Assembly (NCBI GenBank): GCA_020854065.1
Contig: JADZGF010000003.1
Span: 96,913 to 160,912, forward strand
Length of the DNA: 64,000 nt
Source of the DNA: Candidatus Nomurabacteria bacterium
GTDB lineage: Bacteria > Patescibacteriota > Minisyncoccia > Phycocordibacterales > SBAW01
Direction of reading: 5' to 3'
The number at the start of each line of letters is the position of its first letter. The first letter of the stretch is position 1. The notes under the pieces were generated by a model. That model did not search any database. It saw nothing but the letters and a program-made list of their open reading frames with translations, and was not told where the DNA came from. Of the stretch, positions 54,583 through 63,791 are shown piece after piece. A program made the position numbers and the translations under genes.

Positions 54583-55002
54583 TTAGTTAGACTTCGCGAG
54601 GTGGGTGCCCTTGCTCCAGCATGCCTTAGAGGCATTCCAGGGTTTGGTACCCTCCTTCTCATAAAGATAGCGAGCGTACTCTAAGTTACCCTGGACTGAA
54701 AGGATATCCATATCCATCTTAGCTGCCGTATCTTTGTGGAGAGACGACATGATCTGGAAGATACCCATTGCGGTACTGTTTGGGTTTTTAACCACATTCC
54801 CCTTCTTATCAAACTGGCGGAACTGCGACTCGCAGCGCGCAATATTGACCATGACAGGGGCATCGGCAAAGTATATTTCAACGTACTCCTTAACGGTCTG
54901 GGCAGCGGGCATGGTAGCCGGAACGTTGCCAACCGATGGCTGCGGGGCCATAAAGGCCGAGAGCGCAAGGGCGACAGAGGCTGCAGAAGTGGTAAGAGGC
55001 AT
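54583..55002 (-). CDS. small secreted lytic transglycosylase-like (SLT/lysozyme-like fold) protein
   Basis: Signal peptide, then ARCESQF (catalytic Glu-Ser) ... STAMGIFQI (SLT GLMQ-type motif). Confidence 0.55.
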   Translation of the reverse strand: MPLTTSAASVALALSAFMAPQPSVGNVPATMPAAQTVKEYVEIYFADAPVMVNIARCESQFRQFDKKGNVVKNPNSTAMGIFQIMSSLHKDTAAKMDMDILSVQGNLEYARYLYEKEGTKPWNASKACWSKGTHLAKSN

Positions 55003-55117
55003 GTATTTGTATTAAGTGGTTATGAACCTAGAGAACAAAAAGGCCCGGGCGAGAACCGCCTGGGCGTAAGACAATGGTAGTCTATTTTCGTCAATAGGTC
55101 AAGGCGAAAGCTTGACA

Positions 55118-55152
55118 ATATAAAAGGGGGTCTGGAATTGCCCAGATCCCCT
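55118..55152 (-). terminator. rho-independent terminator on the - strand (a second weaker hairpin at about 55042-55066)
   Basis: - strand reads GGGGATCTGGGCAATTCCAGACCCCC followed by TTTTATATT. Confidence 0.5.
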
Positions 55153-55185
55153 TATTTGACAACGTATTTTATTGTTGTACTGCGT

Positions 55186-55875
55186 TTAGGCCACCTGGGG
55201 CACTAAACCTGCGAGCGCCCGGAGTGCATGGGGGAGAAGTTCCTCCATCCGCTTCTCTTCCATCCAGACTTTGACCGCCTCATCACCAATGAGGAGGTAG
55301 TCCTTCCAGAAGTCGCCCTTTTCTTGGAGCAGAGACGAGAGAGACGGCGGCCTGCCCACAAAGGAGTGATAGACGCAGAAAAGGTTGTCTTTGTGCACGT
55401 CCTTCTCTTCAAACGGAGCAAAGTGGCCGTGCGGATGGACGAACCCTTCAATGTAGGCTCCGACCGGAAGCGTCAGCATATTGAAGGTATGATCCTTCCG
55501 AAGGATGAGGTTGGGACCACTGAGTATGCCCATGCGATAGGCTTCTCGTTCCTCCGTATCCCAGCCGAACCCAAAGCGGTGGCGGGTACATTCGCGCGAA
55601 GGGTAGCAGATAAGTACCAGCTCCCCTGTCCTTCCCTCCATGGCGGCTTCAACGGCGCGACATCGATCTTCAAGCTCAGGCCAGTAGCCGGCGTAGGAGA
55701 TAACCAGGTCGCGGAGCCGATCGCCCGTGCCGACACCCGCCGCAACCAACGCACGGAGTTCATTACTCCGTCTATTGATCTGCTCATCAATTTCTTTGAG
55801 CCGGGCGTGTACGTCTTCTTTTTGCTTGCGGAGCCCTTCCAGGCTATTGATAAACGTCTTGGCAGTTTCGTTCAT
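55186..55875 (-). CDS. hypothetical protein (coiled-coil N-terminus); fully overlapped by antisense ORF 55228..55914
   Basis: Codon third-position pattern (gaa/gag, aaa/aag, GC3-rich) looks coding on the - strand. No family recognised. Confidence 0.4.
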   Translation of the reverse strand: MNETAKTFINSLEGLRKQKEDVHARLKEIDEQINRRSNELRALVAAGVGTGDRLRDLVISYAGYWPELEDRCRAVEAAMEGRTGELVLICYPSRECTRHRFGFGWDTEEREAYRMGILSGPNLILRKDHTFNMLTLPVGAYIEGFVHPHGHFAPFEEKDVHKDNLFCVYHSFVGRPPSLSSLLQEKGDFWKDYLLIGDEAVKVWMEEKRMEELLPHALRALAGLVPQVA

Positions 55876-55948
55876 CGCACCCTCTCTGTTGGAACAATGC
55901 TAGCGCAAGCGTAGCAGAATACGATATCTTGGTAAAGATAAAGAAATA

Positions 55949-56022
55949 CGGGCTGTAGTATACCGGTAGTACGCATGCATGGGGTGCATGTAGACCGGGT
56001 TCGATTCCCGGCAGCCCGACCA
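55949..56022 (+). tRNA. tRNA-Pro (anticodon GGG)
   Basis: Hand-folded cloverleaf: acceptor CGGGCTG/CAGCCCG, U8, D-stem GTAT/GTAC with GG in loop, anticodon stem CATGC/GCATG, loop AU-GGG-GU, T-arm CCGGG-TTCGATT-CCCGG, discriminator A, encoded CCA. 74 nt. Confidence 0.8.
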
Positions 56023-56089
56023 TACATTGACCATTCGTATAAAAAACTGTATTGTAAATCTTGGAACAACCCCATATATAGGAGTATTT

Positions 56090-56197
56090 ATGACTGTGAC
56101 CTGGGTTGATCATATTTGGGTCATCGTTTTGCTCGTCGTAGCAATAGGTGGCGGGTACCTTGCAGGCAAGAGTATCGAGCGCGCCGGGAAATTATAG
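56090..56197 (+). CDS. small hydrophobic peptide (35 aa) downstream of the tRNA
   Basis: AGGAG SD 7 nt upstream; MTVTWVDHIWVIVLLVVAIGGGYLAGKSIERAGKL; followed by a terminator. Confidence 0.3.
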   Translation: MTVTWVDHIWVIVLLVVAIGGGYLAGKSIERAGKL

Positions 56198-56217
56198 GCG
56201 CACGACACAAAAACTCT

Positions 56218-56248
56218 CGAGCCGCCCTGAAAAAGGGCGGCTTTTAAT
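56218..56248 (+). terminator. rho-independent terminator
   Basis: GCCGCCCTGAAAAAGGGCGGCTTTT. Confidence 0.7.
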
Positions 56249-56269
56249 CTAAACTCATAGGAGGTTTGC

Positions 56270-56761
56270 ATGTGGCCTAGTGATATCGTGTATCTCCAAA
56301 CGATCTTCAGTATCGTGTTCTATGTATTTGGTATTGGAGCCGCTATTGTTGCCTTCGCTTCGCTTCGGGCTAATCGACAAAATCAGCGCGAAGCCAACGC
56401 AAGAAGAGCGTATCTCGACTACGCACGACTTGGGATCGAATACCCAGAATTTGCTTTCCCTCGACATCTTGAAATAAATCTCGAGAAACAAACGATAAAA
56501 GAAAGTAGGCTGGAATTCGAACGATACGAATGGTTCATATCGATACTTCTTGGGACTGTTCGATTCTTCCTCGAGTCGACAAGCAGGAAAGGAATGTGGC
56601 GCAAGATGATGATCTTACAACTTGCGTACCATTGGGAATATCTCGACAAGTATCGGAATGAAAAGGAATACCTAAAGCAGTGGGCTTTAGAATTAAAGTC
56701 TGAGTTTAACGAAGCAATAGCCTTAGGAAAAAGGTTATATCCACCCAACCGAACCACATAG
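56270..56761 (+). CDS. AT-rich hypothetical membrane protein (N-terminal TM, coiled C-terminus)
   Basis: AGGAGG SD. IFSIVFYVFGIGAAIVAFASL TM. Lower GC than the surroundings. Confidence 0.45.
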   Translation: MWPSDIVYLQTIFSIVFYVFGIGAAIVAFASLRANRQNQREANARRAYLDYARLGIEYPEFAFPRHLEINLEKQTIKESRLEFERYEWFISILLGTVRFFLESTSRKGMWRKMMILQLAYHWEYLDKYRNEKEYLKQWALELKSEFNEAIALGKRLYPPNRTT

Positions 56762-56769
56762 AACCTTCA

Positions 56770-56803
56770 AATCGCCCCTTCACACATTGGGGCGATTTTT
56801 TAT
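56770..56803. terminator. bidirectional rho-independent terminator between convergent genes
   Basis: AATCGCCCCTTCACACATTGGGGCGATTTTTTAT. Confidence 0.7.
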
Positions 56804-57427
56804 TTACAACCACGGAATGGCGTATTGCTCAAACTCCGGAAGGAGTTTTTTGTCATACAAAAGGCGTGAAATAACTTCGGCATTATATTTCGCACCCGTG
56901 AGTGCGTTATGCGGTTCTGGCTCCTCAGGCATACCGCAATAGACGGCAATTGCTTTAAGTCCAAGCGCCGTGTGGTGTTTATCCGGATCAATTGGGGGAG
57001 TCATTCCCCTCTTTATCATATGCTCATAGGCAAGGGAGTGGATATCGATAATCCGATGTGCAAACGGCCAGGCAGTATGCCCAGCGCGACGTGCGGCTGC
57101 CTGGAGGAAATAGGTATCCGTAAAGACATTTTGACCAGCAATGGTGTGATCCTGCATACCCACACCAAAGGCAATAAACTTCTGGACCAACTCAGCTTCA
57201 GACTGCTTCGAAGGGTCTGTTGCCTGCTCGCGGGTAAAGCCACAGACTGCCAAAGCCTCGTCTTCGATCTTTGCCCCATCCCACGCACGGCACTCTTCGT
57301 ATAACTGCCGTGACGGATTATCTAAATCAACCGCCCCTACACTCAAAATCGAGTGGAGAGTCGGCTCAAGCCCGGTCATTTCGCAATCAACGACTAACAT
57401 GCTGCGATTATACCTCAGGAGCGCCAA
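56804..57427 (-). CDS. DEDDh 3'-5' exonuclease (DnaQ/RNase T-like)
   Basis: LVVDCEMTGL (Exo I D-x-E), later H and D motifs (HNALTGAKYNAEV, Exo III). Confidence 0.75.
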   Translation of the reverse strand: MALLRYNRSMLVVDCEMTGLEPTLHSILSVGAVDLDNPSRQLYEECRAWDGAKIEDEALAVCGFTREQATDPSKQSEAELVQKFIAFGVGMQDHTIAGQNVFTDTYFLQAAARRAGHTAWPFAHRIIDIHSLAYEHMIKRGMTPPIDPDKHHTALGLKAIAVYCGMPEEPEPHNALTGAKYNAEVISRLLYDKKLLPEFEQYAIPWL

Positions 57428-57671
57428 ACACCTTAGTGGTCCAATCGTTTGCCTTCCCTACAAATCTATGGAGATTGGGATATTTAATCGTGTGTTTGTC
57501 CATCCATGCACGCAACCGTGGGCTATACATTGAAAAGAGGAGTGCCGAGATAGCTAAAAACAGCCACCCTTGGAGTACGGGCAACACCAGACCTGCCAAG
57601 CCCAATACAAAAAAGAAACTGGCCAAGGTCAGGATGAGAATTTTCTTTAGTTTTTTCTTAAGCATTGCCAT
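57408..57671 (-). CDS. DUF454 (YbaN-like) small inner-membrane protein
   Basis: LGLAGLVLPVLQGWLFLAISALLFSMYSPRLRAWM. Confidence 0.55.
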   Translation of the reverse strand: MAMLKKKLKKILILTLASFFFVLGLAGLVLPVLQGWLFLAISALLFSMYSPRLRAWMDKHTIKYPNLHRFVGKANDWTTKVFGAPEV

Positions 57672-57673
57672 AT

Positions 57674-58024
57674 CTATAATCCCGGACAGTTTGCTGCAGG
57701 CCCATACCCTGCTGCCTCTGCTGCAGTAGTCGAATCAAACCACACCTTGTTCTCCTCGTTTATACGGTTAGCCCCACCGCACGAAGGAAGGTAGTACTTA
57801 CTCCCATTTTTAGACGCCACGTACTTCCCTGCCCCTGAAGGAGCCGCGGAAGCCACCGAAGCTGCCTGGGTAGAGCTCCCAGGCATCACTGCGCCGTTAA
57901 TTACCAGACGGGGACCCTCCAACTGGCTTACCGAAAGCCTCCCAAGGCCAAAACAGGCAAGTCCTACCAGGGCCACCATGGCCGGGATGAGCAGGGGCTC
58001 AATGGTCTTGCTAAAGTCGTTCAT
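57674..58024 (-). CDS. membrane-anchored hypothetical protein with Cys-containing C-terminal motif
   Basis: TM helix, then [48 protein letters not shown]. Trimmed to ATG 58024 to avoid overlapping rpmA. Confidence 0.4.
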   Translation of the reverse strand: MNDFSKTIEPLLIPAMVALVGLACFGLGRLSVSQLEGPRLVINGAVMPGSSTQAASVASAAPSGAGKYVASKNGSKYYLPSCGGANRINEENKVWFDSTTAAEAAGYGPAANCPGL

Positions 58025-58044
58025 CCCTGCTATTGTACACGCAT

Positions 58045-58323
58045 ATGGCAAGTAAGAAAGCCGGCGGAACAGCGAAAAACCTGACCGATTCAAAGCCCAA
58101 ATATTTGGGCGTTAAACTCTATGCCGGAGAGGTTGCAAAGCCGGGCGATATCATCGTACGCCAGCGTGGTACCAAAATGATGCCGGGCAAGCATGTCGGA
58201 TTGGGTAAAGACCACACTCTTTTTGCACTCAAAGAGGGCGTTGTCTCCTTTAACTTCGTCCGCAAGACCGGCTTTACCGGTCGCACCGTTAAACGCTCCC
58301 GCGTCGACGTCTCCCCTCGCTAA
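58045..58323 (+). CDS. rpmA: 50S ribosomal protein L27
   Basis: [29 protein letters not shown]... Confidence 0.9.
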   Translation: MASKKAGGTAKNLTDSKPKYLGVKLYAGEVAKPGDIIVRQRGTKMMPGKHVGLGKDHTLFALKEGVVSFNFVRKTGFTGRTVKRSRVDVSPR

Positions 58324-58337
58324 TATTTCTCACATAA

Positions 58338-58369
58338 CAAAAGCCCCTGCGCAGGGGCTTTTGTTTTTG
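58338..58369. terminator. bidirectional rho-independent terminator
   Basis: AAAAGCCCCTGCGCAGGGGCTTTTGTTTTT. Confidence 0.75.
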
Positions 58370-58371
58370 GG

Positions 58372-58602
58372 CTACTCTTCGCTTCCGTCATCCGAGTTAC
58401 GTCCTCCGCCCCTACTGTTCTGCCCTCCGATGCGCCCAGCCGCAGCTGCCTTCTCTCTATCGTTGGCAAAGTTCCCTGGATTGTTCTCTTTGCCTTGCGA
58501 CTTGCCACCTTTCGACGCTATCTCTCGTTGTCTATCTTCATCCATCGAGGCAAAGCCGCGATTGCTGGTGCCGTTATCGTCATCTCTTTCTAGCTCCTCC
58601 AT
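58372..58602 (-). CDS. KGG-repeat general stress protein (YciG/con-10-like)
   Basis: ASKGGKSQGKENNPGNFANDREKAAAAGRIGGQNSRGGG. Confidence 0.6.
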   Translation of the reverse strand: MEELERDDDNGTSNRGFASMDEDRQREIASKGGKSQGKENNPGNFANDREKAAAAGRIGGQNSRGGGRNSDDGSEE

Positions 58603-58719
58603 AGTGTTATGTAGGTTAGTGTGCGAGTAATGCTCGACCGCGGCCCGAGCCCTGTTGCGCAGACGGGCAGGCCTAACAAGCAGTATGCCGGAGTATGCAT
58701 GAACGCGAGGTTAAAGTGG

Positions 58720-59166
58720 CTATTGTGCTGACACCGATACGCTAAACGGTACCTTTTTGTGTGCGGAGTTTTGTAGCTCGATAGTATGCACCCCGACCGT
58801 CTTTATTGCCACAGCAATAACGATTGAGTCCTCAGGAATCTCAAGACTATGTTCCGCTCTGATTGCTTTAGCCACATCACGTGGGGTGATTGCTTTAAAA
58901 AGACCTCCTTTTTCGGTCGCACGTGCAGGAATCGTGACGGTTTTGCCGTTCAATGACTTAACTTTGCTATCAAGCTCTGCTGCTTGTTTCTTTGCTTCCT
59001 CAGCACGCGCTTCTGCTTGTGCCGCTACCTGGGCAATCTTTTCTTCCGTTGCCGGTTCAGCAAGCTTATGTGCAAAGAGATAGTTACGTGCAAAACCGTC
59101 TGCAACATCACAGACGGTGCCAATTTGTCCTACATTACGCACGTCTTTGAGCAGTATTACCTTCAT
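58720..59166 (-). CDS. rplI: 50S ribosomal protein L9
   Basis: MKVILLKDVRNVGQIGTVCDVADGFARNYL. Confidence 0.9.
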   Translation of the reverse strand: MKVILLKDVRNVGQIGTVCDVADGFARNYLFAHKLAEPATEEKIAQVAAQAEARAEEAKKQAAELDSKVKSLNGKTVTIPARATEKGGLFKAITPRDVAKAIRAEHSLEIPEDSIVIAVAIKTVGVHTIELQNSAHKKVPFSVSVSAQ

Positions 59167-59186
59167 AGAGGCAATAATACCCTTCT

Positions 59187-60389
59187 TTAGCGTCCTGCCA
59201 AGTATGCCTTTGCGGCTTCGAGTTGCGGATCACGCTCTGCAGCACGATCTTCAGAAGTACGCTCGACGACAATATCAGGGGTCAATCCTCCGTTGCTGAT
59301 TGAGGAACCATCTGGCGTGAGCCACTGCGCCACAGTTACTTTCAACTCTGCGCCACCACCAATATCAAGGAGTTGCTGCACAGAGCCTTTTCCGAACGTG
59401 CGCTCCCCTACGATCGTCGCAACACCATGCTGCTGCAGTGCTCCTGCCAAAATCTCAGAGGCAGAGGCGGAGCCTTGATTCACCAACACCACCATTTGAA
59501 GGCCTTTGCCCGCAAATACGTTATATCCAGCTGAGCGATGCACACCATTTGAGCGATTGCCTTGGTAGTCTTCCGTCACGACGACCTCACCCACGGGGAG
59601 GAAATAGCTTGCCATACTTACGGCTGCTTCGAGGTAGCCGCCTGGGTTGCCGCGGAGATCAAGAATGAGTTTCTTTTTGCCACTTTGTACAAACTCGCGC
59701 AATGCACCACGGAACAGTTCTGGTGAGTTGGCAGAGAAGCTATAGAGTTCGATGATAAAGACATCGCCGGAGACTTCAGTCTCAAGCAGTGGAATATTTA
59801 TAGTGTCACGCGTAAGGGTGGTCTCAATCGGCGCCGTGCGACCCGGACGACCAAACATGATGGTAACGGTGGTTCCTTTTTCACCGCGAATCAATTTAAC
59901 CGCTTCTTCAACAGGCATATCCGCAGATGGTTTGCCATCAATTGCGAGCACCTTGTCGCCACTTTGGACTCCTGCTCGATCTGCTGGCGTACCTTTAATT
60001 GGAGACACGACCGTGAGCACCTCGTCACGGATACCAAGCTCCATACCGACACCGCTAAAGGTGCCGCTAATTTCTTCGTTAAACGCTTCTGCTTCAGCTG
60101 GTGGGAAAAAGACGGTATATGGATCACCATAGCTCTCAGTCAAACCTTTGATTGCGCCGTGGATCTTTTCACGCTCCGTTGGGTCAGTCGATGAACCAGT
60201 CTTAATATAGTGCTCCTCTAAGAGCTCCCATGCACGCCAAAATTGTGCGAGATCTGCAGCAGAAGTGCCGGGAATGGCAGCCGTAGCAGAAGGACCCGCC
60301 CCACCAGAGACACCGGTAAAAAGCCCTGCACCAAACACAAGGACCACTATCGCAAACGCACCCGCCGCGAGGGCCTTGGCACTGTTCAT
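59187..60389 (-). CDS. ctpA: carboxyl-terminal processing protease (S41)
   Basis: PDZ domain (GDKVLAIDGK), LVNQGSASASE (catalytic Ser) and K motif; signal/TM N-terminus. Confidence 0.85.
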   Translation of the reverse strand: MNSAKALAAGAFAIVVLVFGAGLFTGVSGGAGPSATAAIPGTSAADLAQFWRAWELLEEHYIKTGSSTDPTEREKIHGAIKGLTESYGDPYTVFFPPAEAEAFNEEISGTFSGVGMELGIRDEVLTVVSPIKGTPADRAGVQSGDKVLAIDGKPSADMPVEEAVKLIRGEKGTTVTIMFGRPGRTAPIETTLTRDTINIPLLETEVSGDVFIIELYSFSANSPELFRGALREFVQSGKKKLILDLRGNPGGYLEAAVSMASYFLPVGEVVVTEDYQGNRSNGVHRSAGYNVFAGKGLQMVVLVNQGSASASEILAGALQQHGVATIVGERTFGKGSVQQLLDIGGGAELKVTVAQWLTPDGSSISNGGLTPDIVVERTSEDRAAERDPQLEAAKAYLAGR

Positions 60390-60434
60390 ATCACTGCACA
60401 GTATATCATAGAGCCTTGTTATACTGAGGAGTAC

Positions 60435-61916
60435 ATGGGGCTTTTATCATATCTCCGCGCACACCTTTTACGCACACAAACACCGGCACGCAATGATTTG
60501 CCTCCGTTGCGCTTCACGAACACGCTCTCGGGTGAACAAGAGGAGTTTAAGCCACTTGGTGGTCCGGTAAAAATGTACAACTGCGGACCGACCGTGTATG
60601 ACCGCCAACACATCGGCAACCTCCGTCCGTATGTATTTGCTGACACCCTTCGCCGCACCCTTAACACCTGGGGTCATCCCGTTGAACAAGTCATTAACAT
60701 CACCGACGTTGGACACCTAACCGGAGACAATGTGGGCGATGCTGATATTGGTGAAGATAAGTTAGAAGCCGCTGCTGCACGCAAAGGCCAGTCCGCTCAG
60801 ACGATTGCCGAGGAAGTAACCGGCTGGTGGTTCGATGATTTGGATGCACTCGGTATTGAACGCAAACGCATCACCTTCCCCAAAGCAACCGAATATATCG
60901 GTGAGATTATCGCACTGGTTAAAACACTTGAGCAGAAAGGATACGCATACCGCACCCCTGATGGCGTCTACTACGACACCGCTAAATTTAGTGGATACGG
61001 CAAACTCGGCAAAGTTAATATTGCTGGTCAATTGGCCGGTGCCCGCGTTGAAGAGAATCCGCATAAAAAGAATGCGCATGACTTTGCGCTTTGGAAGTTA
61101 AGCAAAGAGCACGAAAGCCGCCAGCAAGAATGGGAGAGCCCGTGGGGTGTTGGCTACCCTGGCTGGCACATTGAGTGCACCGCCATGATCTTTAAGCTCC
61201 TCGGCAAACAGATCGACATCCACACTGGTGGCGTCGACCATATTCCGGTGCACCACAACAACGAAATCGCACAAGCTGAAGTACTGACGCAAAAACAGTA
61301 CGTACGCTACTGGATGCACAATGAGTTCATTACGATTGAGGGTAAAAAGATTAGTAAATCGATTGGCAACACGATTTATCTCTACCAGATTACTGACCGT
61401 GGATACTCCCCTCGCGCACTACGTTACCTCTACTTAACTGCCCACTACCGCTCCCCTATGAACTTTACGTGGGCTGCAATCGAAGCTGCTGACCAGGCAC
61501 TACTGCGCCTCAATCGTATGTATCTGGAATTGCCACCCTCTGGTATGCCGGCAGACGAAAAATTTGCGAAAGGTTTCTATGCCGCACTCGCCGATGATTT
61601 AGACACACCGCTGGCTATCGCTCGTTTATGGGAAGCAGTCCGTGATCCTTCTATGCCCCCTACCGTGAAGCGTGCATGCCTTGCGATTGCGGATGAGGCA
61701 CTCGGTCTTGGATTAGCACTGCCACGCAAGCAGGTAAAACTAGAAGTCATTCCCCTCTCCCAGCTTCCTGAAGAAGTTACCGAATTGATTGATGAGCGCG
61801 AACAAGCACGACTTTCAAAAGACTTTGGTATTGCTGATGATCTGCGTGCAAAGATTGAACGGTTGGGATACACGGTGAAAGATTCTCCTGAGGGGCCTAA
61901 GGTATCAAAAAAATAA
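60435..61916 (+). CDS. cysS: cysteine--tRNA ligase
   Basis: MYNCGPTVYDRQHIGN (HIGH-type), zinc-binding Cys, KISKSIGN (KMSKS). The 64-aa track N-terminal extension overlaps ctpA and was trimmed. Confidence 0.9.
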   Translation: MGLLSYLRAHLLRTQTPARNDLPPLRFTNTLSGEQEEFKPLGGPVKMYNCGPTVYDRQHIGNLRPYVFADTLRRTLNTWGHPVEQVINITDVGHLTGDNVGDADIGEDKLEAAAARKGQSAQTIAEEVTGWWFDDLDALGIERKRITFPKATEYIGEIIALVKTLEQKGYAYRTPDGVYYDTAKFSGYGKLGKVNIAGQLAGARVEENPHKKNAHDFALWKLSKEHESRQQEWESPWGVGYPGWHIECTAMIFKLLGKQIDIHTGGVDHIPVHHNNEIAQAEVLTQKQYVRYWMHNEFITIEGKKISKSIGNTIYLYQITDRGYSPRALRYLYLTAHYRSPMNFTWAAIEAADQALLRLNRMYLELPPSGMPADEKFAKGFYAALADDLDTPLAIARLWEAVRDPSMPPTVKRACLAIADEALGLGLALPRKQVKLEVIPLSQLPEEVTELIDEREQARLSKDFGIADDLRAKIERLGYTVKDSPEGPKVSKK

Positions 61917-61950
61917 TTCCCATACAGCAGTTAAGCCGTATGGGAATTGT
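61916..61950. terminator. hairpin terminator (weak U-tract)
   Basis: AATTCCCATAC-N12-GTATGGGAATT. Confidence 0.4.
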
Positions 61951-61957
61951 GGGCGAT

Positions 61958-62266
61958 TTATTGCCCCATCTGGTTTTCTCTGGCGCGTTCTGCGCGCAAT
62001 TTTGCAATACGTTTTTCTCTTTCTTTACGCTTAAGCTCCCACAAATACAGGTGGCGAGTTCGGACAACACTCGGGGGTCGCTTTAACTTCAGCACCCACT
62101 CGCCGAACTGTTTTTCCGTCGGTGTTGATGTAGAGAGAAGCAATTCGTCGTCTTTCTTGCTCCACTTGGTGACTCCCTTGGAGCCTGCCTGGACTCCGAG
62201 TCCCCCGCCGTAGTGCGCATGGTACCGGCCTTTTGACACCTTCTCGATTCGCCCGTAACTCATCAT
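61958..62266 (-). CDS. hypothetical basic protein (102 aa)
   Basis: K/R-rich C-terminus; no family recognised; may be spurious. Confidence 0.3.
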   Translation of the reverse strand: MMSYGRIEKVSKGRYHAHYGGGLGVQAGSKGVTKWSKKDDELLLSTSTPTEKQFGEWVLKLKRPPSVVRTRHLYLWELKRKEREKRIAKLRAERARENQMGQ

Positions 62267-62292
62267 TTCCCCCTGTGGGTTGAACTACCAAA

Positions 62293-62371
62293 GGGGATAA
62301 TACAACACAGATTATTTTTGTCTAGTATTTTCTATCCCCTATTTATCCACTTTGTGAGGGACCTATACACA
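62293..62371. promoter_or_regulatory. cluster of DnaA-box-like 9-mers in an AT-rich region upstream of dnaB
   Basis: TTATCCACT (62343-62351), CTATACACA (62363-62371) and GGGGATAAT, the reverse complement of ATTATCCCC (62293-62301), against consensus TTATNCACA. Confidence 0.25.
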
Positions 62372-62408
62372 AGTTGGACACGCGCCTCTGTGGGAGTACT
62401 CTTAAGCT

Positions 62409-63791
62409 ATGACTAAAGCCGGGTCTTCTATGCGTCTGCCACCACAGACACTCGAAAGCGAACGTGCGTTTTTAGGTGCGCTCATGATTCGCCCTGAGGC
62501 GATGATTGAAACGACCGATGTTATCACCGAAGATGCGTTCTATGCAGAAAAGCATCGGATCATATATCGTGCTGCATTGGCGCTCCACAACCGAGCTGAA
62601 CCAATCGACATTGAGTCTCTCCGTGCAAAACTCTCTGACCTCGGACAACTTGAACAGGTCGGTGGCGTTTCGTATCTGCAGGAGTTGGCAGCGGATGTGC
62701 CCGCTGCAAGCAATGCCCGCCACTATGCAAGCCAAGTGCAAAAGAAGCACATGCTCCGCCAACTTATCAACGCAGGTGAATATGTCGCAGAACTTGGGTT
62801 TGATGAAAGCGAAGAGTTGGACGAAACGCTGGATAAGGCGGAGAAAAAGATCTATGAAGTAACGTCGATGCCGACGCTCTCTAAGTTTGTTGCCCTTGGT
62901 GACTCACTTAAAGAAGCGTGGGTACGCCTTGAACACCTGCACGAGCATAAAGATGAGATACGCGGCGTACGCTCCGGCTTTAAAGACCTCGACAATATGT
63001 TGGCAGGTTTCCAAAAGTCGGATCTCATCATTCTTGCGGCACGTCCGAGTATGGGTAAGACCTCGCTCGCACTTGATATTGCACGCCAGGCGGCAATCAA
63101 TCACAAAGCAGTCGTCGGTATCTTCTCTCTCGAAATGGCAGCGCAGCAATTAATTGATCGTATGGTTGCTGCGGAAGCGAAAGTAAACTCATGGAATCTG
63201 CGTACGGGTCATATCAATGACCAAGAAGATTGGGGTCGCATCCGTGAAGCATATGAGCGCTTGGGTCAGGCTCCTATATACATTGATGACCAGCCGGGCA
63301 ACAACATCCTTAAAATGCGCGCCGTTGCACGCCGCCTCAAGCGTGAGCATGGACTCGACATGATTGTGATCGACTACCTCCAGCTCATGGTCCCCACCAA
63401 TTCGCGTGCACAGGATAACTTGGTGCAGCAAGTAACCGAGATCTCGCGCTCATTGAAGCAGCTTGCCCGCGAAATGGACGTTCCAGTCATTGCCCTCTCG
63501 CAGCTTAGCCGTGCGGTGGAGCAGCGCGGTGGCAAACCACGTCTCTCCGACTTGCGCGACTCCGGCTCTATTGAGCAGGACGCCGACGTCGTTATGTTCA
63601 TCCATCGCGACGACAAGATCAACAAAGAGTCAGATCGCCCTAACATTGCAGAGATCTTGGTGGAGAAGCACCGTAACGGCCCCGTGGGCAAAGTTGAACT
63701 CTTCTTCGATGACAAGCGCACCACCTTTATGTCTCTGGAGAAGGCCGACCTTGCAGCCTTCGATAACGCAAGCTCCTTTGATAGTTTCTAA
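62409..63791 (+). CDS. dnaB: replicative DNA helicase DnaB
   Basis: N-terminal domain, then Walker A ARPSMGKTS, IVIDYLQLM, RecA-like fold and SQLSR motif. Confidence 0.95.
   Translation: MTKAGSSMRLPPQTLESERAFLGALMIRPEAMIETTDVITEDAFYAEKHRIIYRAALALHNRAEPIDIESLRAKLSDLGQLEQVGGVSYLQELAADVPAASNARHYASQVQKKHMLRQLINAGEYVAELGFDESEELDETLDKAEKKIYEVTSMPTLSKFVALGDSLKEAWVRLEHLHEHKDEIRGVRSGFKDLDNMLAGFQKSDLIILAARPSMGKTSLALDIARQAAINHKAVVGIFSLEMAAQQLIDRMVAAEAKVNSWNLRTGHINDQEDWGRIREAYERLGQAPIYIDDQPGNNILKMRAVARRLKREHGLDMIVIDYLQLMVPTNSRAQDNLVQQVTEISRSLKQLAREMDVPVIALSQLSRAVEQRGGKPRLSDLRDSGSIEQDADVVMFIHRDDKINKESDRPNIAEILVEKHRNGPVGKVELFFDDKRTTFMSLEKADLAAFDNASSFDSF

Noticed and set aside
55112-55117. Perfect TTGACA -35 hexamer on the + strand at about 55112
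   Set aside because: No matching -10 at 16-18 nt and no downstream + strand gene. Likely chance.
55844-56113. ORFs 55844..56113 and 55872..56075 on the - strand
   Set aside because: They lie across the tRNA-Pro gene and are a chance ORF over a structured RNA.
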